Assembly (NCBI GenBank): GCA_963753595.1
Contig: CAVWCX010000034.1
Coordinates: 32,001-96,000 of the forward strand
Direction: 5' to 3'
DNA length: 64,000 nt
Source of the DNA: Candidatus Methanoperedenaceae archaeon
Lineage (GTDB): Archaea; Halobacteriota; Methanosarcinia; Methanosarcinales; Methanoperedenaceae
Each line of letters begins with the position of its first letter. The first letter of the stretch is position 1. Below, piece by piece: positions 56,453 to 64,000 of this stretch. The translations under genes and the position numbers were made by a program. A model generated the notes under the pieces. That model saw only the letters and a program-made list of their open reading frames with translations. It ran no database searches and was not told the DNA's origin.

Positions 56453-57151
56453 TTATAAGTTATTTAAACTTTCATTTTTTTGCGCCACCACCGCAAAATG
56501 ATCTGAATGATACGGTTCAAGATTCACCAATTCGTGTACCTTGAAATTTCCGCCAAGCTTTTTCACTTCCATATCAGTTACATCCCCCGGATCTTTTGAT
56601 GAATCAATACTTCTTGCTTTTATCATTAAAACAAGGATACCTTCTTTCTTAAGGAACATCCGGGCATTCCTGATAGCGATCTCAGCCTGCTCTTTTTGCG
56701 CCACATCCTGATAAATAACATCCGCTTGGGGAACCATATTTTGATATAATTTGGGATTTGAAGCATCTGCCAATATGGGAACAAGGTTCATCCTTGAAGA
56801 ACTGACATTAATGAGATCTTTCATTGCCCGTGACGAGAATTCTACGGCAAAAACAGTTCCTTCACTAACGATATCTGAAACATGGCTCACAGTCGTTCCA
56901 TTTGCCGCGCCAAGATAAAGAACACTGTTATTTTTCTTTAACGAGATCGTTGAACCTTTTAATACCAGGGCCGCAAGTTTACTTCGAAACGGGTCCCATA
57001 TGCGATATTCTTCTTTTTCAATATTGATGAGTTTTTCATCATAAACTCGTATTCCGGGAACAAGATTTTTTGTAATTAATCTTTTTGAACCATCTGAAAT
57101 AACAATAAAAGAATTATCAAGCCTGGTATTAATTAAATCGATTTTTTCCAT
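56453..57151 (-). CDS. flpA: fibrillarin-like rRNA 2'-O-methyltransferase
   Basis: WDPFRSKLAA, VLYLGAANGTTVSHVSD, YQDVAQ, IKARSID. Confidence 0.95.
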   Translation of the reverse strand: MEKIDLINTRLDNSFIVISDGSKRLITKNLVPGIRVYDEKLINIEKEEYRIWDPFRSKLAALVLKGSTISLKKNNSVLYLGAANGTTVSHVSDIVSEGTVFAVEFSSRAMKDLINVSSSRMNLVPILADASNPKLYQNMVPQADVIYQDVAQKEQAEIAIRNARMFLKKEGILVLMIKARSIDSSKDPGDVTDMEVKKLGGNFKVHELVNLEPYHSDHFAVVAQKNESLNNL

Positions 57152-57221
57152 TTATAGCAGATATTTTTAAATTTAATATTATCCGATCATTAAGTCTTTT
57201 GCTAAAACACCTGATAATTTT

Positions 57222-57288
57222 AAACAACGAACAAATACGAACTGATACGAACTCGTGAGTTCGTTGTGTTCATTTCAGTTCGTTGTTT
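57222..57288. repeat. long imperfect palindrome, REP-like element or terminator
   Basis: AAACAACGAAC...ACGAACTC gt GAGTTCGT...GTTCGTTGTTT. Confidence 0.65.
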
Positions 57289-57301
57289 TATCTTTTTTTT
57301 C

Positions 57302-58429
57302 TTATAAATCCTTAAGCAATCGCGCAATATCGTCCCCGACTTGTGTTGTCGTATTCGAGCCGCCCATATCGTAGGTTTTCACTTTTCCGTTAACGATATT
57401 TTTCTCGATAGCCTGAACGATCTGTGTGGAAGCCTCTTTTTCACCAAGCTGGTCAAGAAGCAGCGCCCCTGCCCAGATGGTTGCGATCGGATTTACCTTG
57501 TTCAATCCCTTATATTTTGGCGCGCTGCCATGAATTGGTTCGAACATGCTTGTCCCTTCCGGATTAATGTTCCCGCCCGGAGCAAGACCAAGACCACCCT
57601 GTATCATTGCGCCAAGGTCTGTTATTATATCACCGAACATATTTGGTGAGACAATTACATCAAAAAACTCAGGATTCTTGACAAACCACATGGTTACAGC
57701 ATCCACATAATTGAAATCTGTTTTTACCTGCGGATACCCGGAAGCGATCGAAGTAAATTCTTCTCTCCAAAAACCATAGATATCAGATAATACATTTGCC
57801 TTATCCACTGAGGATAGATGTTTGTTCCTGTTTTGTGCAAGCTCAAATGCATAACTGATAACCCTGCGTGTGCCTTCTTTGCTGATAAGCCCAAGCTGGT
57901 AACCTATTTCCTCGCTGTCAGAAGTGATATCAAGGCCAAATTTCACATTATACATATTCCTGGCAACTTCCAGCGTTTTCTTGCTCTTTCCTTTCTTGGC
58001 ACGTCCGCCAATGCCGATATAGAAGTCCTCGGTATTTTCCCGCACCACAACAAAATCAATATCCTTTGCAGTCTTATCTTTTAACGGCGTCCATACTCCT
58101 TCAAGGAGTTTCACAGGACGAAGGTTCACATACTCATCAAAATAGAACCTGATATTCAGGAGAATTCCCTTTTCAAGAATTCCAGGCTTTATTCTCTCAT
58201 CTCCGATCGACCCGAAATAGATCGCCTTGTATTTTGAAAGATCTTTTAGCGTATCTTCGGATATCAACTCGCCGGTTTCAAGATAATGGTCAGCTCCATG
58301 CGGATATTCGATCCAGTCTATATCAAAACCGAATTTTTCACCAGCTGTTTCAAGAACTTTACGCCCTTCTCTTATTATTTCCGGGCCGATACCATCGCCG
58401 GGGATCACAGGGATCTTGTATTGTGTCAT
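57302..58429 (-). CDS. leuB: 3-isopropylmalate/isocitrate dehydrogenase family protein
   Basis: [39 protein letters not shown]; substrate not provable from sequence. Confidence 0.8.
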   Translation of the reverse strand: MTQYKIPVIPGDGIGPEIIREGRKVLETAGEKFGFDIDWIEYPHGADHYLETGELISEDTLKDLSKYKAIYFGSIGDERIKPGILEKGILLNIRFYFDEYVNLRPVKLLEGVWTPLKDKTAKDIDFVVVRENTEDFYIGIGGRAKKGKSKKTLEVARNMYNVKFGLDITSDSEEIGYQLGLISKEGTRRVISYAFELAQNRNKHLSSVDKANVLSDIYGFWREEFTSIASGYPQVKTDFNYVDAVTMWFVKNPEFFDVIVSPNMFGDIITDLGAMIQGGLGLAPGGNINPEGTSMFEPIHGSAPKYKGLNKVNPIATIWAGALLLDQLGEKEASTQIVQAIEKNIVNGKVKTYDMGGSNTTTQVGDDIARLLKDL

Positions 58430-58524
58430 ATAATATCCTCTAATTTAATTTCAATATTTTTCCCTCTGAATTCCCTGTCAGGTAATTAAATTAACTATAG
58501 TTGACAACACATAAGAAATAATAT

Positions 58525-61059
58525 ATGGAAAAATCCTTCGATCCGGAAAATATTGCCGGACTTTCGGAAGCAGAAGTAATAAAAAAATATAAAGAAGATG
58601 GATATAATGAAATACCATCCCGGGAAAAGCAGAGTACTCTTGCATTATTCATAAATATACTCAAAGAACCGATGCTGCTTTTGCTCATAGGTGCAGGTAT
58701 CATTTATTTGCTGCTTGGTGAGGAAAGTGATGCAATAATGCTGCTCTTTTTTGTTTTTGTGGTCGTAGGAATAACTTTTTACCAGGAAAGAAAATCTGAA
58801 CGGGCATTAGAAGCATTAAAGAACCTTTCAAGCCCCAGAGCCCTTGTTATCAGGGATGGTGTGCAAAAAAGGATCCCTGGAAGAGAGGTCGTAAGGGATG
58901 ACATCCTCATCTTAAAAGAAGGAGATCGTGTCCCGGCGGATGGCGTTTTGCAAATATGTTCAAATCTGCTTGTGGATGAATCAATGCTGACAGGTGAGTC
59001 ATTTGCCGTTCGAAAATCCGAATGGGACGGTAAGGATAAGCCAAAACAGCCCGAGGGCGACGATCTGCCTTTTGTTTACTCAGGAACGCTGGTTGTCCAG
59101 GGGCACGGAATAGCCAGGGTTACAGCTACAGGCGGATATACCGAGATGGGTAAGATCGGAAAAGCCCTGGAATCTATTTCCCAGGAAGAAACCCTGCTGA
59201 AAAAAGAAACACGGATAGTTGTCCGTAATTTCGCTATTGGCGGGTTGATACTATGCATAATAGTTGCGATCATATACGGATATACAAGGGGTGACTGGCT
59301 AAACGGGATACTTGCAGGCCTTGGTTTGAGCATGGCATTGATCCCGGAAGAATTTTCAGTGGTACTTGTAATATTTCTTGGAATGGGCGCATGGCGCATG
59401 TCAAAAAGAAAGGTACTGACAAGACATATGCCTGCAATTGAAACGCTTGGCTCTGCGACTGTCCTGTGTGTTGATAAGACCGGGACTTTGACAATGAACA
59501 GGATGATCCTGAATTCAATATTTTCAAATGGTCAATATTACGATATAGAAAAAAACGGGCACCTGCCCCTTCCTGAGAAATTCCATGAATTGCTTGAATT
59601 TTCATATCTTGCAAGCCAGAAAGATCCATTTGACCCGGTCGAAAAAGAAATAAAGACAGGCACAGAAAAATTCCTTTCAGATTCTGAACACGTTCACGAT
59701 AACTGGAAGCTTGTAAGGGAATACCCCCTTTCCAAAAATTTACTTGCTCTCTCAAATGTATGGGAATCAAATGACAAACGAAAGCATGTGATAGCTGCAA
59801 AAGGTTCCCCCGAGGCAATAATTGACCTTTGCCATATCGAAAGTGAAAAAAAGGATGAATTATTGGCCCATGTCCAGGAGATGGCAGATATGGGTTTGAG
59901 GATCCTTGGTGTTGCAAAATCAAGCTTTACTGAGGCGACTTTTCCTGAAAAACAGCATGATTTCCAATTTGAATTCATTGGTTTACTGGGTTTTGTAGAT
60001 AATGTCCGCCCGGGCGTCAATAAAGCACTTTCCGATTGCTATACAGCAGGAATACGGGTTATTATGATAACAGGGGATTATCCTGGAACAGCGCAGCATA
60101 TTGCGCGCCAGATAGGTTTAAAAAATCCTGAGAATTATTTGACCGGCGCCCAACTTTCAGGAATGGAAAAAGCCCGGTTGCAGGAACAGATCAAGACCAT
60201 CAATATTTTTGCGCGTGTAGTACCGGAACAAAAACTGGCTATAGTCGAAGCGCTAAAATCAAACGGGGAAATCGTTGCAATGACAGGCGACGGGGTTAAT
60301 GATGCGCCTGCATTAAAGTCAGCTCATATCGGTATTGCGATGGGTGAAAGGGGAACTGATGTTGCGAGGGAATCAGCAGCAATAGTATTGTTGAATGATG
60401 ATTTTTCTTCTATCGTCGAAGCTGTCAGGATGGGGAGAAGAATTTTTGATAATCTTAAAAAAGCGATATCATACATTTTTTCAGTTCATGTGCCAATTGC
60501 CGGACTAGCACTTTTTCCTGTAATGTTCAATCTGCCCCTGATACTTTTACCTGCGCACATTGCATTTCTTGAATTGATAATTGACCCTGCATGTTCTACG
60601 GTCTTTGAGGCAGAACCTGAAGAAAAAAATATAATGAACAGACCTCCAAGGGATCTAAAAGAAAAGTTATTTGGCAGGAAAAATGTTCTTGGCAGTTTCT
60701 TACAGGGCGTCAGTGTCCTTGTCGTTGTAATATTTGTTTTCCTTTTGGCCTTAACAATGGGAAAAAGTGACTCAGAAGCCCGAAGCCTCACGTTTGCCAC
60801 CCTTGTAATAGCCAATCTTACCCTGATCATTGCAGGCCTTTCATGGGAAACAAGCCTGATAAGGATCAATCCGGAAAATAAGGCATTATGGCTCGTGATC
60901 GCAGGAGCGCTTGGGAGCCTTATTCTGGTGCTCAATATTGCGGTTTTAAGGGAAATGTTCCATTTTTCGAAACTTCATATCAGTGACTTAATAATCGTGT
61001 TCCTTGCAGGTGTTTCCAGTGTATTATGGTTCAAGATACTTAATATCAGGGTAAAATAA
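58525..61059 (+). CDS. cation-transporting P-type ATPase (P2, Ca2+-like)
   Basis: TGES, IPEEF, DKTGT, KGSPE, TGD, GDGVNDAP. Confidence 0.92.
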   Translation: MEKSFDPENIAGLSEAEVIKKYKEDGYNEIPSREKQSTLALFINILKEPMLLLLIGAGIIYLLLGEESDAIMLLFFVFVVVGITFYQERKSERALEALKNLSSPRALVIRDGVQKRIPGREVVRDDILILKEGDRVPADGVLQICSNLLVDESMLTGESFAVRKSEWDGKDKPKQPEGDDLPFVYSGTLVVQGHGIARVTATGGYTEMGKIGKALESISQEETLLKKETRIVVRNFAIGGLILCIIVAIIYGYTRGDWLNGILAGLGLSMALIPEEFSVVLVIFLGMGAWRMSKRKVLTRHMPAIETLGSATVLCVDKTGTLTMNRMILNSIFSNGQYYDIEKNGHLPLPEKFHELLEFSYLASQKDPFDPVEKEIKTGTEKFLSDSEHVHDNWKLVREYPLSKNLLALSNVWESNDKRKHVIAAKGSPEAIIDLCHIESEKKDELLAHVQEMADMGLRILGVAKSSFTEATFPEKQHDFQFEFIGLLGFVDNVRPGVNKALSDCYTAGIRVIMITGDYPGTAQHIARQIGLKNPENYLTGAQLSGMEKARLQEQIKTINIFARVVPEQKLAIVEALKSNGEIVAMTGDGVNDAPALKSAHIGIAMGERGTDVARESAAIVLLNDDFSSIVEAVRMGRRIFDNLKKAISYIFSVHVPIAGLALFPVMFNLPLILLPAHIAFLELIIDPACSTVFEAEPEEKNIMNRPPRDLKEKLFGRKNVLGSFLQGVSVLVVVIFVFLLALTMGKSDSEARSLTFATLVIANLTLIIAGLSWETSLIRINPENKALWLVIAGALGSLILVLNIAVLREMFHFSKLHISDLIIVFLAGVSSVLWFKILNIRVK

Positions 61060-61204
61060 GAAGGAGGTTACTGTGAATAATGGACGATTGATGTTTTACT
61101 TCGAAGCTTAGATACCTGCTTCCCGGGATAAATCCCAAAAACCACAACATATATTTTAATGCAAAGACATTAAGACAAAAAATAGATTTTGGTTTTTATA
61201 AATT

Positions 61205-62353
61205 ATGGCAACTAAACGTGACTATTATGAAATCCTGGGCGTGGATAAAAAAGCGTCAGCAGACGATATAAAATCAGCATATCGTAAGTTGGCGATGCAA
61301 TACCACCCGGATAAGAACAAATCACCCGATGCTGAAGAGAAGTTCAAGGAAATATCAGAATCTTACGCAGTATTATCTGACCAGGGTAAAAGGCAGCAGT
61401 ATGACCAGTTCGGACACGCTGGAATTGATCAGAGATATTCACAGGAGGATATTTTCAGGGGAGCGGATTTCGAAGACCTTTTCCGTGATATCGGGATGGG
61501 AGGACGCGGAAGGGGAAGTGGCAGTATATTTGATATATTTTTCGGAGGAGGGGGAGGGGCAAGGCGTGAGGGCCCAAGCCGGGGTTCGGACCTTCTTTAT
61601 GAATTAGCCATAAATCTTGAAGACGCAGCAAAAGGGAAAGCAGTGGAGCTGGAAATCCCAAGAACTGAAAATTGCGATGTTTGTCATGGAAGCGGAGCAA
61701 AACCCGGAACATCCCCAAAGACATGTTCAACCTGCCGCGGCAGCGGCCAGGTGAACAGGACGCAGAATACGCCATTCGGGAGGTTCATGACGACCTCCAC
61801 GTGCGGAACATGCCGCGGAGAGGGGAAAATTATCGATTCTCCCTGCACGACCTGTCATGGCAGCGGTACAGTCCAGAAGAGACGTAAGATCGAAGTCAAG
61901 ATCCCGCCAGGCGTTGATACAGGTTCGAGGTTGCGTGTATCAGGCGAGGGCGAAGCAGGCGGGAAAAGCGGCCCTCCCGGGGATCTCTATGTGGAAATAA
62001 ATGTCAGACCCCATAATATTTTTACCCGCAATGAGAATGACCTTCTCATGGAAGCTACCATCAGCTTCACCCAGGCTGCTCTTGGTGATGAAATAATCGT
62101 GCCTACTCTTGACGGGAAGGCCGAGATGAAAATCCCGCCCGGAACGCAGAACAGCCAGGTATTCCGTCTTAAAGGCAAAGGAATACCAGGCCTTCATATC
62201 TCAGGGAAAGGCGACCAGCTTGTTAAAATAAAGGTAGAAGTTCCCACAAAGCTGACAGACAGGCAAAAAGAGCTATTACGGGAGTTTGCCCAGATAGGCG
62301 GAGAGAGAACAAAGGGCAAGAGCATTTTTGAGAAAGTGAGAGATCATATTTGA
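61205..62353 (+). CDS. dnaJ: chaperone DnaJ
   Basis: J domain with HPD, G/F region, four CxxCxGxG. Confidence 0.97.
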   Translation: MATKRDYYEILGVDKKASADDIKSAYRKLAMQYHPDKNKSPDAEEKFKEISESYAVLSDQGKRQQYDQFGHAGIDQRYSQEDIFRGADFEDLFRDIGMGGRGRGSGSIFDIFFGGGGGARREGPSRGSDLLYELAINLEDAAKGKAVELEIPRTENCDVCHGSGAKPGTSPKTCSTCRGSGQVNRTQNTPFGRFMTTSTCGTCRGEGKIIDSPCTTCHGSGTVQKRRKIEVKIPPGVDTGSRLRVSGEGEAGGKSGPPGDLYVEINVRPHNIFTRNENDLLMEATISFTQAALGDEIIVPTLDGKAEMKIPPGTQNSQVFRLKGKGIPGLHISGKGDQLVKIKVEVPTKLTDRQKELLREFAQIGGERTKGKSIFEKVRDHI

Positions 62354-62362
62354 ATGTTTGAA

Positions 62363-63286
62363 TTAACATTTTTCAAGCAGCGTCAGCGACCTTATCCATT
62401 CCCCTTTAGGTTCTCTCGTTGTCCCTACGACAAGCCGTTTCATATTTCCCACGATCTCAACCATGCCGCGCGCTTCAATTCGCTCGCCCACTAACGCTTG
62501 CCCTGCATAAGTATGTGTATAAGACAGTACATAACTTATCTCAGGATGGTCAATTTTATAGATCGCAGGGCTGTCAAATGCAAAGTCAGCATTTATAACG
62601 GTTGCCTCGATGGTCTTATTGCCAATATCGATTCCTCGTAAACATGGTGTTATATCCTTCCAGTCACGAACATAAAGCAGGTCAAAATAGGTTCCTCCCA
62701 CCATTCCCCTGTTACCTTTCCTTATCTCATGGAGCAGGAATTCATCGAATGAAATATCGGGCCTGCGTTTCTTATAAATATCCTGCCACATATCTTCACT
62801 GATTTCTGTGATAGGGTTTTTCTTTTGTTTTTCCTGCCGGATAATATCACGCGCAGTGAACCATGAGATTCCATAAACGATGAAATCAATATCCGATGAT
62901 CCTATTTCAAGACCGGGAAGAAGAGAGCCGGTAACACCCATATTTTCAAGAGGCACATATTTTTCAAGCGATTTTACAATTGCTTTTACCTTTTCATTTT
63001 TTTCTGTTATCTGCGGCAGTCTTTTGTCAGGTGCAAGTATCTCTTTGACCGAATCCCATGGCACGATATGCACATCGCTCACCCATTCGGGACGCGCAGT
63101 TTTCATGAATATGAATGCATCATCAAAATCCATTTTTCGGTATTTTTTATCAACGCCTCTTGTGCCCTCCGGGTCCGGAACATACCTGAGGATGGAGCGG
63201 ATGCCCCCCTCATGGCAATAATCTGCGACTGCAAATATCCAGTCATCTTTTGTTAGGATGAAATCACGGAGTCGTGTACGAAGCAT
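62363..63286 (-). CDS. archaeal DNA polymerase beta-like nucleotidyltransferase
   Basis: GVTGSLL.G....SDIDF; C-terminal SYTHTYAGQA...VVGT.RE..GEWI. Confidence 0.8.
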   Translation of the reverse strand: MLRTRLRDFILTKDDWIFAVADYCHEGGIRSILRYVPDPEGTRGVDKKYRKMDFDDAFIFMKTARPEWVSDVHIVPWDSVKEILAPDKRLPQITEKNEKVKAIVKSLEKYVPLENMGVTGSLLPGLEIGSSDIDFIVYGISWFTARDIIRQEKQKKNPITEISEDMWQDIYKKRRPDISFDEFLLHEIRKGNRGMVGGTYFDLLYVRDWKDITPCLRGIDIGNKTIEATVINADFAFDSPAIYKIDHPEISYVLSYTHTYAGQALVGERIEARGMVEIVGNMKRLVVGTTREPKGEWIRSLTLLEKC

Positions 63287-63505
63287 CAGCGACTTTAGGG
63301 GATCAGGATTATATAAAGAATATCATTTGTAGCAACTGGATTTTATTTATTTTTTTGGGCAAAGTCTTATATATTGTAAAGACAGTAACAAATAAGATTA
63401 CAGGCTGTTCTAGCAGCAGCATTTACAGCAGCGAAAGGTTAAATCTGTTTTCTGCAGTTATGTTTGCCCTAGCAGACGATAATCTAACGTAAGGATGTGT
63501 AAAAC

Positions 63506-63715
63506 TTGAGTGAATATCAGGAAAAAGTTGCTCCGGTAAAAGTCGGAGAAAGCTATGATGTATCGATTGATGATATTGCAAAAGAGGGCGACGGAATTGC
63601 CAGAGTAGAGGGCTTCGTCATCTTCGTACCGCAGACAAAAGTCGGGGATAAAGTAAAGATAACAGTCAATAAAGTAATGCGCAAATTCGCGATCGCGGAA
63701 AAAGCAGCAGAATAA
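63506..63715 (+). CDS. single TRAM-domain RNA-binding protein
   Basis: [13 protein letters not shown]...[15 protein letters not shown]. Confidence 0.92.
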   Translation: MSEYQEKVAPVKVGESYDVSIDDIAKEGDGIARVEGFVIFVPQTKVGDKVKITVNKVMRKFAIAEKAAE

Positions 63716-63739
63716 TTTTTATTCTGCTTTTACTTTTGA

Positions 63740-64000
63740 TCATAATTTTTTGTTGGTTTTTGAGGCGTTCTTTCTTATATCATTAAAAAAGTTCATAAGT
63801 GAATACTTAACGCGTTCAGGTTCCACATCTATGATCTCTGCTCTTTCTTCTTCAGGGAAGAATTTGAAAACCGAATATTTTCCATAACGCTTACCTGATG
63901 TTGATGTATAACGCCCGTCAAGTAGCACACGCGCTCCATGATCATCTGGTGAGCGAACCACACGTCCCAGCGCCTGCCGCACCTTCCTGATAGTCGGGAT
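63740..64000 (-). CDS. XPD/Rad3/DinG-like helicase, C-terminal part (truncated by window)
   Basis: PTIRKVRQALGRVVRSPDDHGARVLLDGRY (motif VI region). Confidence 0.85.
   Translation of the reverse strand: MPTIRKVRQALGRVVRSPDDHGARVLLDGRYTSTSGKRYGKYSVFKFFPEEERAEIIDVEPERVKYSLMNFFNDIRKNASKTNKKL

Noticed and set aside
61205-62353. dnaJ without adjacent dnaK/grpE as a novelty
   Set aside because: Separated dnaJ copies are common and the protein is canonical.
1-64000. Borg, plasmid or provirus origin of the window
   Set aside because: Contiguous with core genes (serS, flpA, thiC, dnaJ), genes on both strands, and no long perfect tandem-repeat arrays or viral hallmark genes.
1-64000. tRNA/rRNA genes and pyrrolysine readthrough
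   Set aside because: No GC-rich cloverleaf or rRNA-like tract seen by eye, and no TAG-interrupted methylamine methyltransferase.

Overview
Archaeal chromosomal window from a methane-cycling euryarchaeote. The combination of an AtwA/component-A2-like ATPase, methanogen-type SerRS, fibrillarin, NMD3, TRAM protein, CxxxY-type CcmE and S-layer-fused multiheme cytochromes points to Ca. Methanoperedens/ANME-2d; this is inference from gene content only. About 1-48 kb is a metal-homeostasis and cytochrome c island: P1B-2 ATPase, NikR-like, ChrB-like, an FTR1-DUF2318/ABC iron operon with DtxR-type boxes, CbtBA, DtxR, a copper-associated membrane/YHS cluster, a ccmE-ccmF-(ccmH/ccmI-like)x2-cupredoxin-ccdA operon, two more ccmF genes, two large multiheme cytochromes (18 and 16 CxxCH) and a peptide/radical SAM-SPASM cassette. 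About 48-64 kb is housekeeping (epimerase, NMD3, thiC, HerA-like, serS, flpA, leuB-like, P-type ATPase, dnaJ, TRAM, XPD-like helicase). The most notable observations are five. (1) A palindrome TTTAC-N7-GTAAA occurs six times, upstream of five transcription units, suggesting one regulon for heme-protein biogenesis. (2) The two multiheme genes appear to be split inside an S-layer domain, suggesting donor-strand docking into a 34-heme surface conduit. (3) An unannotated 21-aa Cys-rich peptide and a 54-aa Cys protein precede an RRE-rSAM-SPASM enzyme, a candidate archaeal RiPP system. (4) Two paralogous promoter-plus-hairpin units lie in a ~1 kb ORF-free gap and are candidate sRNAs. (5) A 58-bp duplicated gene end with only silent differences marks the acquisition of the arsR-cbtBA cassette. 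No rRNA, tRNA, CRISPR array or transposase was recognised. All family calls come from motif recognition by eye, not database searches.
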